Below, one piece after another: positions 26,379-35,928 of a stretch of 64,000 bases of DNA. The first letter of the stretch is position 1. Every line of letters begins with the position of its first letter. The position numbers and the translations under genes are program-made. Source of the stretch: an uncultured Parachlamydiaceae bacterium (GTDB lineage: Bacteria > Chlamydiota > Chlamydiia > Chlamydiales > Parachlamydiaceae); the NCBI GenBank assembly GCA_963742415.1, contig CAVULX010000004.1:256001-320000 (forward strand), given 5' to 3'. The notes under the pieces are model-generated. The model was not told the origin of the DNA, did not search any database, and saw only the letters and a program-made list of their open reading frames with translations.

Positions 26379-27995
26379 TTATAGATCTAAAGACTTCCAA
26401 AGTGAAATTAAAAATTTAAAACCGGACAATGCTTTAAGACTTGAGGTTGCTCCATGTTGCAGCCAATAGTTGTAATACGACTGACGGTAATGACGGTATC
26501 GCATTGCAATCATTTCTTTATCTGAAAGTAGGCTTGTATAGCCATTCAAATCATCGCAGTAATGCTTCACCCCATCCTGCCATCTAAAAAAACCATTTAT
26601 TAGAAATCCATCAAAAGTCCTCTCATTGGTATCGTCAATAGGATGAAGAGACAGGGTGTCTATTTCCCATGCAAAGCTATATTTGCAAGTTTGTGTTATT
26701 GCATTTTTCGTAGTTTTCCAACAGGCCCACATAGGAAAACGTTGCTCAAGGAGGCGTTCTTCACACATAAAAATCCATAGCATGCTGATATGGGTAAAAA
26801 AAAGCTCGTTTCTTTTTGATTCAACATTGTATCTGCGCACGCGGAAGGATTTCGTAACGATAGGTAAAAATTCTCGAAGGAAATGTCTCTTGTTCCAGAC
26901 TTCATCCTCTCTCAACTCATCTTCACATAAAAAGCCGATGATTTCACTCTCTTCATAGTAAATATCATCTGCTTTTAGAGCTTTGGTTAGATTGCTGATC
27001 TCCTCTTCATAACAAGTGATAGAGGCAGCGGGAGGGGTATCCCCTGGCGCATAAGTCCAATCGACGAAGTAGGGACCTCTTTCGTATGAAACGACGCGGG
27101 AAATAGCCAAATCGCGTGGTGTCATGATTTCTAAGTAAGCATTCAAAGAATTTAAATAAGTCATTGCTCTTGCGTGCGCTTGTCCTTTTGCTTCAGGCGT
27201 TTTTGTAGTCACATCAAGCCAGGTCCTTGCTGTACGAACAACAACTTCTGCTATACTCTCCGGCAATGAACTAGAAGTTGGGTTGCAAGGAATCAAACTC
27301 ACGTCACGATTTAGTTCGGAAGATAAGAATAGCAAAAGATAATGGATATTGTCTAAAAAAAGCTGCTGATCAACCTGAGGCTTGTTTAATGCAAGCGCAT
27401 CGAGAATGAGGGATGCATGCTCGTCTACAAATTTAGATCGCAATTCTGCCCACTCCTCCTCAGGTTGGATCCACTTGGGAGGAGGATCGCAAACAAATTG
27501 GGAGACCTCCTCATTTGTAGCGTTATGATTTTTTGCGATCGCGGTCTCCTTTAAAACAACGAAATCTCTAGCGCAAGAAGGGGATGAATCGGAATTATTT
27601 TTAAAATTCCCGGGTGGTTTAGAAGATTGTGAAGGGAGAGGCGAAGCGGAATTTGAGGATAGATTTTGGAGCGATAATCCGTGGATGACAGTGGCGTTGT
27701 TGCTTGTGTTGTTTGTGGAGCTGCTGGTTGTGCTGTTGATGGTCTTTACGTAAGTATGCGAGTTTATTCTTGTAGGCCTTGCAGCAGCTCCGGCTGCGCT
27801 GCCTAATAAAAATAGAAGAAAACCGACTTTTACCAAATCCGCGGTTGTAATTTCATTTTGAATGGGACCTGAGGATAATAGTTGCAAATTTTTATTATCA
27901 ATATTCCGGCCATTCCATTTTTTTCCTCTTTTAACAGGGCGCTTATAACCGCTTTGATTGAAATCACCTCTCTGTACACGCTGCGAAGGATCCAT
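26379..27995 (-). CDS. Hypothetical protein (N-terminal TM, Ser/Thr/Asn-rich linker); effector candidate
   Basis: 538-aa ORF with GGAG RBS; no family recognised. Confidence 0.75.
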   Translation of the reverse strand: MDPSQRVQRGDFNQSGYKRPVKRGKKWNGRNIDNKNLQLLSSGPIQNEITTADLVKVGFLLFLLGSAAGAAARPTRINSHTYVKTINSTTSSSTNNTSNNATVIHGLSLQNLSSNSASPLPSQSSKPPGNFKNNSDSSPSCARDFVVLKETAIAKNHNATNEEVSQFVCDPPPKWIQPEEEWAELRSKFVDEHASLILDALALNKPQVDQQLFLDNIHYLLLFLSSELNRDVSLIPCNPTSSSLPESIAEVVVRTARTWLDVTTKTPEAKGQAHARAMTYLNSLNAYLEIMTPRDLAISRVVSYERGPYFVDWTYAPGDTPPAASITCYEEEISNLTKALKADDIYYEESEIIGFLCEDELREDEVWNKRHFLREFLPIVTKSFRVRRYNVESKRNELFFTHISMLWIFMCEERLLEQRFPMWACWKTTKNAITQTCKYSFAWEIDTLSLHPIDDTNERTFDGFLINGFFRWQDGVKHYCDDLNGYTSLLSDKEMIAMRYRHYRQSYYNYWLQHGATSSLKALSGFKFLISLWKSLDL

Positions 27996-28058
27996 GGGTT
28001 CTCCTTTTAAAAAAAGTTAAAAACGTTTTTACAATATTTATGAATAAATCAAAACAAA

Positions 28059-28115
28059 TTTTTGAAAGACGTCAATACTAATATTAAAATCTGCAATAAA
28101 AATCTTGAAAAAAAA
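28059..28115 (-). promoter_or_regulatory. Upstream block shared with 30149..30205
   Basis: 46/57 ungapped identity, including an identical 21-mer aataaaaatcttgaaaaaaaa. Confidence 0.65.
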
Positions 28116-28160
28116 TTGTTTACAGACATCGAGAGCTAGATGGGGTCTTTTGACGCTTAC

Positions 28161-28190
28161 TAAGCAAGAGGTTCGTAAACCTCTTGCTTA
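28161..28190. terminator. Hairpin after the LRR gene
   Basis: taagcaagaggtt-cgta-aacctcttgctta, 13-bp perfect stem. Confidence 0.65.
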
Positions 28191-28199
28191 TGATGCGTT

Positions 28200-30125
28200 T
28201 TATTTAGATCTTAAAGATTGAGCTTGCAACAATTGATCAAAAGCTCCATCTGTTTGACCACTCACATTCTCCCAAATGAAATCGGCAGGCGTTGTCTTCA
28301 CTAGTTCCCAGTACTGGTCGTCTGTAAGAACATCGTTGTTATACATTATAAGAATCTTAAGATTAGGAAATTTGATGAGTTTGCTCATCAGATCGTAGGG
28401 GATTCGGAAGTTGACCAGAGCTAACCCTTTGATATTTTTTCTGATAAACTCATTACTCACAAGTGCTATGGCCGCTTCTGCATAGGGCATCCCATTGCAG
28501 TCAATAAGTCCTAATGTAGACAAATTGGAGAACTGGGAAAACAACTCAAAGGATTGCACCGTTAAGGCATTGTCTCTGATTTCAAGTGATTCAAGGGTTT
28601 TTGCTAAGTCTGTTTTTGCTAAAGAGGCTAAGGTCGTGTCATTAAAATATCTGCAGTTTCGTACTTGCAAAGCTGTTAAAGGGAATTGGCCTAAAAATTC
28701 ATATTCCTCGCTTTGAATATCTTCGCAATTAATCCCACTTAGACATAGCGATTTTAATGTTGAAGTTAAATTTTGCCCTTTTTCAGCAAATTTATTAAAC
28801 CCATTTAGCGATAGGGGATCGCTTGATGCAAAGTTGAGTTCCAGATCGTTTATTTTCAAGACGGCTAATTGTTTCAATTGGGATTCCCCAAATCCATCGC
28901 AAGCCAGGAATTGAATAGGTTGATTAAGTTTATCAAGTTTAAGAGTCGTTAAAGATATCATTTTGTCGAGAGTATTAAAACCACCTTCTTGGACCCTGCC
29001 GCAATCCCATACGATAAGATTTTTTAAACTTACCGTACAAAGAATGGATTGCATCATTTCAGTACTGACGGGAACATTTTCACCTAGGTAAAGCTGATCT
29101 AAGGGATGTTCTCCTAAAAATTGCTGGAAGTTACAAAGCTTAACATTCCAAGTGCCGCTGCCATCTGGTAGCGGCGCTTGGGGAATAAGAGTACACATTT
29201 TAAGCTCGGTATATGCAGACAGTGATTTTATGATGTCATCGGAAATCTCTATTACAGCCTCCAGACGGAGATCTTCAAGCGTGGATTTGAAAGAGCCGCT
29301 GTTAAGAATTTCAACCAGAGATGAGCTATAGGATTGATTTTCACCGCTGATAGTTAAAGTTTTGAGATTTTTATAATCTTTAATAGGAGATTGCCAAGGA
29401 GTTACTCCATAATCAAGAAGTTGTATGCCTAGATGCTTAATATTATTGGCAAAGCTTGGTTTTGACAGCATTTGATTAAAATCTTGTCCGCTAACTTCCA
29501 TAGTAGCCGTAATTATGAGGGTATTTAGTTGCATTAGTTTTCCAACCTGCTCCAAGCCCTTATTTGTAACAAAAGGCCAAAGATCGGTCCCATCAATATA
29601 AGTAAAGCTAGTTAAATTATTGGCGCATTTTTCCGCGATCAATTGCAAAAGGTCATCATCGGCCAGATCGATAAAAATCTCTTTATAATTTTGACCCTGT
29701 TCTTTAATGATTTGCTTCATCACTTTTAATGATAGGCCCACCCCATTGAATTTTGTGTTATCTTCTTCTTTTTTCTCCTCCGGACGTTCGGCTGGAATTC
29801 CTCTGTTTATCATTTGGATTTCCTGAGGCCGCCCTGGGATTTTTTTAAAGACACTATCTCCTAGATAGGGTGGAGAGTCTTTTTTCTTTTCAATTAATTC
29901 AGCGATTTTTGTAAAAGTTGAATCACCTGTCCTATTTCTAATTCGCAAATATTTTCTTAGATTTTTCAGATCCTTGAGTCGGCAAACCTCCAAAAAACCC
30001 GCTTTTTGCAGCTTTTGCTCAATAGTTTTGACTTTGCTTGCAGAAAGATTTTGATATTGCAGTGATGGGGCTAAGGCTGTATCTGTCGCTGTTGAGCCTC
30101 GCCAAAGTCCGCTTAAGTAATACAT
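28200..30125 (-). CDS. Leucine-rich-repeat protein; effector candidate
   Basis: Recurrent LxxLxL motifs (LKTLTI, LEDLRL, LTTLKL, LESLEI, LSTLGL, LKILIM). Confidence 0.8.
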   Translation of the reverse strand: MYYLSGLWRGSTATDTALAPSLQYQNLSASKVKTIEQKLQKAGFLEVCRLKDLKNLRKYLRIRNRTGDSTFTKIAELIEKKKDSPPYLGDSVFKKIPGRPQEIQMINRGIPAERPEEKKEEDNTKFNGVGLSLKVMKQIIKEQGQNYKEIFIDLADDDLLQLIAEKCANNLTSFTYIDGTDLWPFVTNKGLEQVGKLMQLNTLIITATMEVSGQDFNQMLSKPSFANNIKHLGIQLLDYGVTPWQSPIKDYKNLKTLTISGENQSYSSSLVEILNSGSFKSTLEDLRLEAVIEISDDIIKSLSAYTELKMCTLIPQAPLPDGSGTWNVKLCNFQQFLGEHPLDQLYLGENVPVSTEMMQSILCTVSLKNLIVWDCGRVQEGGFNTLDKMISLTTLKLDKLNQPIQFLACDGFGESQLKQLAVLKINDLELNFASSDPLSLNGFNKFAEKGQNLTSTLKSLCLSGINCEDIQSEEYEFLGQFPLTALQVRNCRYFNDTTLASLAKTDLAKTLESLEIRDNALTVQSFELFSQFSNLSTLGLIDCNGMPYAEAAIALVSNEFIRKNIKGLALVNFRIPYDLMSKLIKFPNLKILIMYNNDVLTDDQYWELVKTTPADFIWENVSGQTDGAFDQLLQAQSLRSK

Positions 30126-30148
30126 AGAGATTCTCCAGTGATAAAAAG

Positions 30149-30205
30149 TTTTTGAATGACACTATTATTAATATCAACACCTCAAATAAAAATCTTGAAA
30201 AAAAA
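30149..30205 (-). promoter_or_regulatory. Upstream block shared with 28059..28115
   Basis: 46/57 ungapped identity to the block upstream of the neighbouring gene. Confidence 0.65.
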
Positions 30206-30431
30206 CAACGGAAAATCTAAAACCTTGCAGCTAGTCTTAACAGGAAAAAGGACAATAATGCCATTGAAATCATGATGAAAGCCGATTACGAAAAAGTGCT
30301 CTCTGAATGTAACCAGAGAGTAACAAGATAAAATAAACAGGATAGTCAGGATCGTAAACGGCAGGATAGGCAAGATTAGAATAAATTTAATAAGGCAGCT
30401 TGACGGTTTTGACAGTTGCCTAGGTTATTCC

Positions 30432-31223
30432 CTAGGTTTGTTTTCCAGTGAGAACATTTTCTATATCTTTAGAGATTACCCCGCACGAAAGTGCTAGCTG
30501 CTCCTTGAGATTAATAAAATACAGCATAGGGCGTATGTGTTCTTTATGTCTTAATTCTTCAAAAGGTCTATCGTTTGTCATATGAAAGTTTTTCCGTTTT
30601 AGACATCCCTCATCGTCGCAAACGAATAGAATAAGAGTTTTTTTATTTTTTAGTGCACCAATATCAAGGTCCTTAGGCAGACATCCGTCGGAATTATTTA
30701 ATATAACACCTTGTGAACTCGTAAGTGTTGTGACGATAATTTTATCATATGCTGACTCTTCTTGTAATTTAGAAAGAGAAGCAAAAAGTTTATAGGCTTC
30801 ATCGCCATATCGCAGAATAAGTCTACAATCAAAAACAAAGTTATTCTTTATGAAATCGATCCAATAGTTTTTATCGTCTGCGTATTTTGCTTTAATGTAA
30901 TCAAAATAATGATCTCCTTTACGAGGATAAAGTTGCGTAAATAAACTCAAGATCCATCTTTTAATCCTGTTTATCAGACCTCGCTTATAGGAAGAATGAT
31001 AAGCTTCCGCAATATCAACCACTTTCTTTGTATTTAGAGAATTTAGATCAACATCATTGCCGGGAAAAGCTATGCATGCCAACACTTGGGTGATTTTTTT
31101 ATTAGTAAGGCCGTCTGACTCAACTTGAAAACTATCATTTTTCATAGAAAAAGGTTGAAGATTCTGAGGATCAAGATTACTAATTAATGTATTAAAATCC
31201 ATTTTATTCATTACAATCACCAT
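30432..31223 (-). CDS. Hypothetical protein
   Basis: 263-aa AT-rich ORF with a consensus promoter upstream; start codon uncertain. Confidence 0.7.
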   Translation of the reverse strand: MVIVMNKMDFNTLISNLDPQNLQPFSMKNDSFQVESDGLTNKKITQVLACIAFPGNDVDLNSLNTKKVVDIAEAYHSSYKRGLINRIKRWILSLFTQLYPRKGDHYFDYIKAKYADDKNYWIDFIKNNFVFDCRLILRYGDEAYKLFASLSKLQEESAYDKIIVTTLTSSQGVILNNSDGCLPKDLDIGALKNKKTLILFVCDDEGCLKRKNFHMTNDRPFEELRHKEHIRPMLYFINLKEQLALSCGVISKDIENVLTGKQT

Positions 31224-31251
31224 TAAAAAAATTTAACATTTTTAAAAGATA

Positions 31252-31281
31252 ATTATAACATTTTTATTAATATTATGTCAA
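31252..31281 (-). promoter_or_regulatory. Consensus sigma70-type promoter
   Basis: Minus strand TTGACA-N18-TATAAT with a TG extension. Confidence 0.65.
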
Positions 31282-31392
31282 TTGAAAAATTTGTTAAAAT
31301 TAATATTGAAATAGCGTTAGTAAATGAATCGTAATATGCTTATTATTTTAATGTTTTTATCTTGCCTATCCTGTTTCTTTTTTTGGCTGTGC

Positions 31393-32154
31393 CTACAGCC
31401 AAGAGGCTGCATCCTTGTCGAGGATCCATAAGGCTTTATGCTCTTCTGATCCGACCCGTTGGACGGGCAGTTCATCAGGCTGATAGGGCCCCAGTAGGAC
31501 ATTTTTGACCATTTCGGCTTTATTTTTTCCAAGCACGTAGATCACGGTATTTTTAGCTTGGTTGATACAGTCGTACGTTAAGGTGAGCCTCCATGTATCT
31601 TTCTGAGGAAGAAAATTGGCCACGGCTAGCCGCTCCCTAGTGTGCAGAGCGTGTGTCTTAGGGAACAAAGAAGCGGTATGCCCGTCTTCGCCCATTCCCA
31701 ACAATATCAAATCGAATTGTTGATGGGGCACTTTTGCTTTGATCAGATGGTCATAAGCCAAGGCGCCTTCTTCGACATCTCCCTCTGCTTGCATCCTGTG
31801 GATGTTTTCAGCCGGAATGTGCAATTTGCTGAAACCAGCTTCCATGGCCATGTGATAATTGCTTTCAGGATGATAGGGAGGGACGCATCTCTCATCGCTC
31901 CAAAAGAGCTGCATATTCTTCCAGCGGATAGCTTGAGGATAAGGAGGGGAGCATAAGCCCTGATAAATTGCTTTTGGTGTGCTTCCCCCTGAGAGGGCTG
32001 CAAAGCAGTTTTCATTTTGGGCAATGGCCGTCTGGGAAACGTGCACAAAATGCTCGATGCAAAAATGTAAAGTGGCTGCAGTATCACCGGGAATGGCAAT
32101 ATCGCGTCGGCTGTCAAAAAAGTGGATGATTTGTGCAAAATTGATGCTCGTCAA
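31393..32154 (-). CDS. pgl: 6-phosphogluconolactonase
   Basis: ALSGGSTP, FWSDERCVP, LGMGEDGHTASLFP. Confidence 0.95.
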   Translation of the reverse strand: MTSINFAQIIHFFDSRRDIAIPGDTAATLHFCIEHFVHVSQTAIAQNENCFAALSGGSTPKAIYQGLCSPPYPQAIRWKNMQLFWSDERCVPPYHPESNYHMAMEAGFSKLHIPAENIHRMQAEGDVEEGALAYDHLIKAKVPHQQFDLILLGMGEDGHTASLFPKTHALHTRERLAVANFLPQKDTWRLTLTYDCINQAKNTVIYVLGKNKAEMVKNVLLGPYQPDELPVQRVGSEEHKALWILDKDAASWL

Positions 32155-33254
32155 CTGTAACCTCTTGTTTTGTATTGGGCTGTCATTTCCAACATGCTTT
32201 TGTATTGCTCGCTCGTTTTGCGATAAAAAATTTCATTCATGAATGTAGATGTCGACTTGAGCTCATTCAAGGGTAAAAAAAAGGGCATTTCACATTTGTC
32301 TCTGGTTTCGATATAAATAGCGACTTGCTGCTGATTTTCTTTTCTTGTGATGAGGAATGAAGTATCGTCCCGAGCCACAACATGCACAGAAGCAATCCCC
32401 CCTGCAGGGATTTCCGGGATTTCTTTTGGGATAAGCGCTACCTCGATCCGCTGCCCCCCATTTTCATAATAGAAACGGTGATTTCTTTCATCTGCCTCTG
32501 AGCCGCGATAGGACCATCCGAAACGGGCTGCTATCCAAGCCTGCAAGTAGATCGAGGGGATTTCGGTATGGGAAACAAACACCGACTTTCGTTGGTTGAA
32601 GGCGATTTGTATATAGTGGCAATTTCTTAAGCAATCCACTTTCTCAGGGGTGTCGAAAGTGTGGTATAATATTTCTCTCCATCCTCCTAAGGCCGCCCAT
32701 TTGACATCCCTGAGTTCTACATCAGTGGTTTCGAGGAGCTTAAGAATTTTTTGACTAAAACTTGGTAAATCTTCTGCAGATTCGGAATCAAAAATTAAGC
32801 GGGAAGCATAGCGTTGAAGGTGAGGGAGGACAATATTTTCGGAAGTGGGATTTTGCCCCCATGCAAGAAAAACCGGCAAATCGGGGACTAAAAGAGGAAG
32901 AACCACAAAAGGGACGCGAAAGAGTTGGTTGACGCTTACGTCGATGTTGATTTGGTCGCAGACAATAGAGACATCGCCTTGGGTGACAATGGCATTGCTG
33001 ACTGTAGCGCGCAGAAATTCTTCGGCAGAGTCTTTCACTGCCTGGATGAAGATGATGCGGCAAGGGAATTTTTCCAAAATCGCTTGAACGATTTGATAGA
33101 GGTAAGCAGCCCTTCGGGGATCCTGAGAAAAGATAATCAAATTAAAAAGACAGGCTCTGATCTGGTTGTTTTTTTGCTGGGCTTCCCAAAGAAGGGTAAG
33201 CTCTTGCTCGATGTTGCCGACTTGGATTTCGATGGGGTGGGAAGCCGTTGTCAT
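32151..33254 (-). CDS. opcA: G6PD assembly protein OpcA-like
   Basis: PCRII, LLVPDLPVFLAW, RLIFDS; lies between zwf and pgl. Confidence 0.85.
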   Translation of the reverse strand: MTTASHPIEIQVGNIEQELTLLWEAQQKNNQIRACLFNLIIFSQDPRRAAYLYQIVQAILEKFPCRIIFIQAVKDSAEEFLRATVSNAIVTQGDVSIVCDQINIDVSVNQLFRVPFVVLPLLVPDLPVFLAWGQNPTSENIVLPHLQRYASRLIFDSESAEDLPSFSQKILKLLETTDVELRDVKWAALGGWREILYHTFDTPEKVDCLRNCHYIQIAFNQRKSVFVSHTEIPSIYLQAWIAARFGWSYRGSEADERNHRFYYENGGQRIEVALIPKEIPEIPAGGIASVHVVARDDTSFLITRKENQQQVAIYIETRDKCEMPFFLPLNELKSTSTFMNEIFYRKTSEQYKSMLEMTAQYKTRGYS

Positions 33255-34811
33255 TTAGGGCAGCCTCCATGCGCGGCCGTCTTTACCGATCATTTGGTCA
33301 GCGGCTTCGGGTCCCCAAGTTCCGGAGGCATAATTAGGAAAGTTTTGCTGTTTTTGCTCTTTCCACCGATACAGAAGAGGGGTGAGAAGCTCCCAAGAAG
33401 AGATCACTTCATCGATTCTCGCGAAAAGGGTGCTATCGCCTGCCATGCAATCGCAAATGAGCCTTTCATACGCTTCCGGCGGCGTTGAACCGAAATAGGA
33501 GCCATACCGGAAATCCATCTTTACAGGCTGGATTTGCGTGCTCATCCCCGGAATTTTGCAATTCATTTTCAAGGCGATCCCTTCATCTGGCTGAATGCGG
33601 ATCACAAGGGTGTTCTGTTCGTTCTGCCTGCCGTTAAGTTGAAGGAGAAAGCCTGGCGCATTCTTGAATGTAATGGCTATCTCGGTGGTTCTTTTTGGCA
33701 GCCGTTTCCCTGCGCGCAAATAGAAAGGAACACCGGCCCATCGCCAATTGTCAATGAAAAGTTCCAGGGCCACATAAGTTTCTACATTGGAATCACGGGC
33801 CACATTTTCCTCTTGGCGGTATCCGGCAACGGCTTGTCCGTTGATAAAACCAGGACCATATTGGCCTCGAATGGCATACTGGTCTAAATTTTTGAGGTCG
33901 ATGGGGCGGATGGAGGCCAAGACTTTGACTTTTTCATCGTGGATAGAGGAGGCTTTTAAGTTGATGGGGGGTTCCATGGCTACGAGGGATAGAAGCTGCA
34001 TCATATGATTTTGAACAATGTCCCGCAGCATGCCGGCTTCTTCCCAAAAACGGCCCCGCGTACCGACGCCGATTTCTTCGCTGACGGTAAGCTGGACGTG
34101 GTCGATGTGGTGGTTATTCCAGAGAGATTCAAAAATCGGATTGCTGAAGCGGAAGACGAGGATGTTTTGGACCGTTTCTTTGCCTAGATAGTGGTCGATC
34201 CTGTAGATTTGGCTTTCATCAAGGTGTTGGGTGATTTGCTTCTGGAGGTGGCGGGCAGAGTCGGTGTCCTCGCCAAAGGGTTTTTCAATAATAATACGGC
34301 TCCATTTATCGTGGACTTGATTGACATTATACGTCAGGCGGTGTTCTTCAAGTTTTTCGATAACGAGAGGAAAAAAGCTCGGCTGAACAGAGAGATAAAA
34401 AAGGCGGTTGCCTTTAGTCCCATATTTGGCATCGAGCTCTTTAAGTAAAGAGCTTAGGGATTCATACCCTGTGTCTTCGTGGAATTCGGCTTTGTGATAA
34501 AAAAGTTGCTGACTGAAAGATTTCCAAAGCTGTTCATCGATAGGTTTAACGCGGGAATATTTGGCAATGGCTTGATGCATCTCTTCCCGGAATTGGTCAT
34601 TGGTTTTATCTCTGCGAGCGAAGCCGACGCAAGCGAAGTGGGCTGGGAGCTGTCCATCGCGGGCTAAATTGTATAGAGCTGGCAAAAGCTTCCGTCCAGT
34701 CAAGTCTCCCGTCGCGCCAAAAATCACAATGATGCAGGGATCCGCCACTTTGGTGGCTCGGGTGGATTCTTCCAACGGATTCGGGCTTAATTCCGGTAAG
34801 GTTATTTGCAT
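33255..34811 (-). CDS. zwf: Glucose-6-phosphate 1-dehydrogenase
   Basis: GATGDL, EKPFG, RIDHYLGKE. Confidence 0.97.
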   Translation of the reverse strand: MQITLPELSPNPLEESTRATKVADPCIIVIFGATGDLTGRKLLPALYNLARDGQLPAHFACVGFARRDKTNDQFREEMHQAIAKYSRVKPIDEQLWKSFSQQLFYHKAEFHEDTGYESLSSLLKELDAKYGTKGNRLFYLSVQPSFFPLVIEKLEEHRLTYNVNQVHDKWSRIIIEKPFGEDTDSARHLQKQITQHLDESQIYRIDHYLGKETVQNILVFRFSNPIFESLWNNHHIDHVQLTVSEEIGVGTRGRFWEEAGMLRDIVQNHMMQLLSLVAMEPPINLKASSIHDEKVKVLASIRPIDLKNLDQYAIRGQYGPGFINGQAVAGYRQEENVARDSNVETYVALELFIDNWRWAGVPFYLRAGKRLPKRTTEIAITFKNAPGFLLQLNGRQNEQNTLVIRIQPDEGIALKMNCKIPGMSTQIQPVKMDFRYGSYFGSTPPEAYERLICDCMAGDSTLFARIDEVISSWELLTPLLYRWKEQKQQNFPNYASGTWGPEAADQMIGKDGRAWRLP

Positions 34812-34990
34812 AGGAAATCCTTATCATCTATCAACCGTAGAATACAAGGACGATTAAAATATGAAAACAGAAATTCCAGAGGTCTCGGAAGAATAGAGCA
34901 GAGGATCACCGGTTGCGGCAGATTAGGAGGAAAAAAATAATGTGGTTAATTGATAAAACAAATTATTTGGGGTTTGGGTAGCAATGGAAC

Positions 34991-35014
34991 AGTTATGCGA
35001 AGCTTCGCATAACT
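34991..35014. terminator. Perfect 24-bp palindrome abutting the DUF2442 stop codon
   Basis: agttatgcgaag|cttcgcataact. Confidence 0.55.
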
Positions 35015-35365
35015 CTATAGTTTGGATTTTTTTGGACGTTTCTTTGTCATTGCATGAGCTGTTTGGTGCTTATATTTAGCTTTACGTGGTACATGAGGCT
35101 TGAGATCCTTTTCCTGAACATCTTTACCAATACTATATAAGATATCGGGACATATATCAGCATCATTAGGCCAACATATGCTGGCCGGATATTCATCATC
35201 ATCTAATTTAACTTTTTTAAAGTACTCAATATCCCTAAGAGGAATGAAGTAAACGCTCTCACTTTCAATTATAATAGGTTCCATATCGACAATTTTAGTT
35301 TTACTGTCGCTAAATAGAATTTGTAGTTTGTAGCCTTCAAGATATTCAACTTTTTTTACTCTCAT
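35015..35365 (-). CDS. DUF2442-family antitoxin-like protein
   Basis: VEYLEGYKLQILFSD...ICWPNDADICPDILY. Confidence 0.8.
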   Translation of the reverse strand: MRVKKVEYLEGYKLQILFSDSKTKIVDMEPIIIESESVYFIPLRDIEYFKKVKLDDDEYPASICWPNDADICPDILYSIGKDVQEKDLKPHVPRKAKYKHQTAHAMTKKRPKKSKL

Positions 35366-35367
35366 GA

Positions 35368-35448
35368 CTACACCAATGGGTTTATTTTTTTTATTGATTT
35401 GTTGTCTCGCAACCTATTCCAGTTGTCTAAAAGTTCTTTTTGGATAAC
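35368..35448 (-). pseudogene. C-terminal remnant of a DUF4160-family partner toxin
   Basis: Startless frame VIQKELLDNWNRLRDNKSIKKINPLV* ends 2 nt before the DUF2442 ATG. Confidence 0.6.
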
Positions 35449-35450
35449 TA

Positions 35451-35918
35451 CTACTTACTCTCTTGCCTATTTTTTTTGTAATCGAGGTAGCTTTGAAGGA
35501 TAATGATTGCGGCGACGGTATCGGCAGAGCGGGCGCGCTTCTTTCGGGAGACATTCCCCTCTCTCATCGAGCGATCAGCTTGCACCGAGGTTAACCTTTC
35601 ATCCCAGGTAACAATAGGATAGGAAACATGCTGGCGCAAAATTTCGATAAAATGTTTCACTTCGTCAGCAAGAAAACCCACTTTTCCGCTCATCATCAAA
35701 GGGAGTCCGACAACGATCTCTTCAATATTATATTGATAGACCTCTTGATGCTTGGACAACTCCTGGAGAAGTTTTGCTACCGTCTGCTCAGATTTCTTCT
35801 CGGCAGACATCGTCATTAAGGGGCTTGCGATCGTCTTGCTTTCGTCCGACAGGGCAATCCCTAGCCGAGCCAGCCCATAATCAACTGCTACAATGCGACT
35901 CCCTTTTGGCCTAGGCAT
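35451..35918 (-). CDS. ruvX: RuvX/YqgF nuclease
   Basis: AVDYGLARLGIALSD, VVGLP, WDERLTS. Confidence 0.93.
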   Translation of the reverse strand: MPRPKGSRIVAVDYGLARLGIALSDESKTIASPLMTMSAEKKSEQTVAKLLQELSKHQEVYQYNIEEIVVGLPLMMSGKVGFLADEVKHFIEILRQHVSYPIVTWDERLTSVQADRSMREGNVSRKKRARSADTVAAIIILQSYLDYKKNRQESK

Positions 35919-35928
35919 ATTTACCCTA

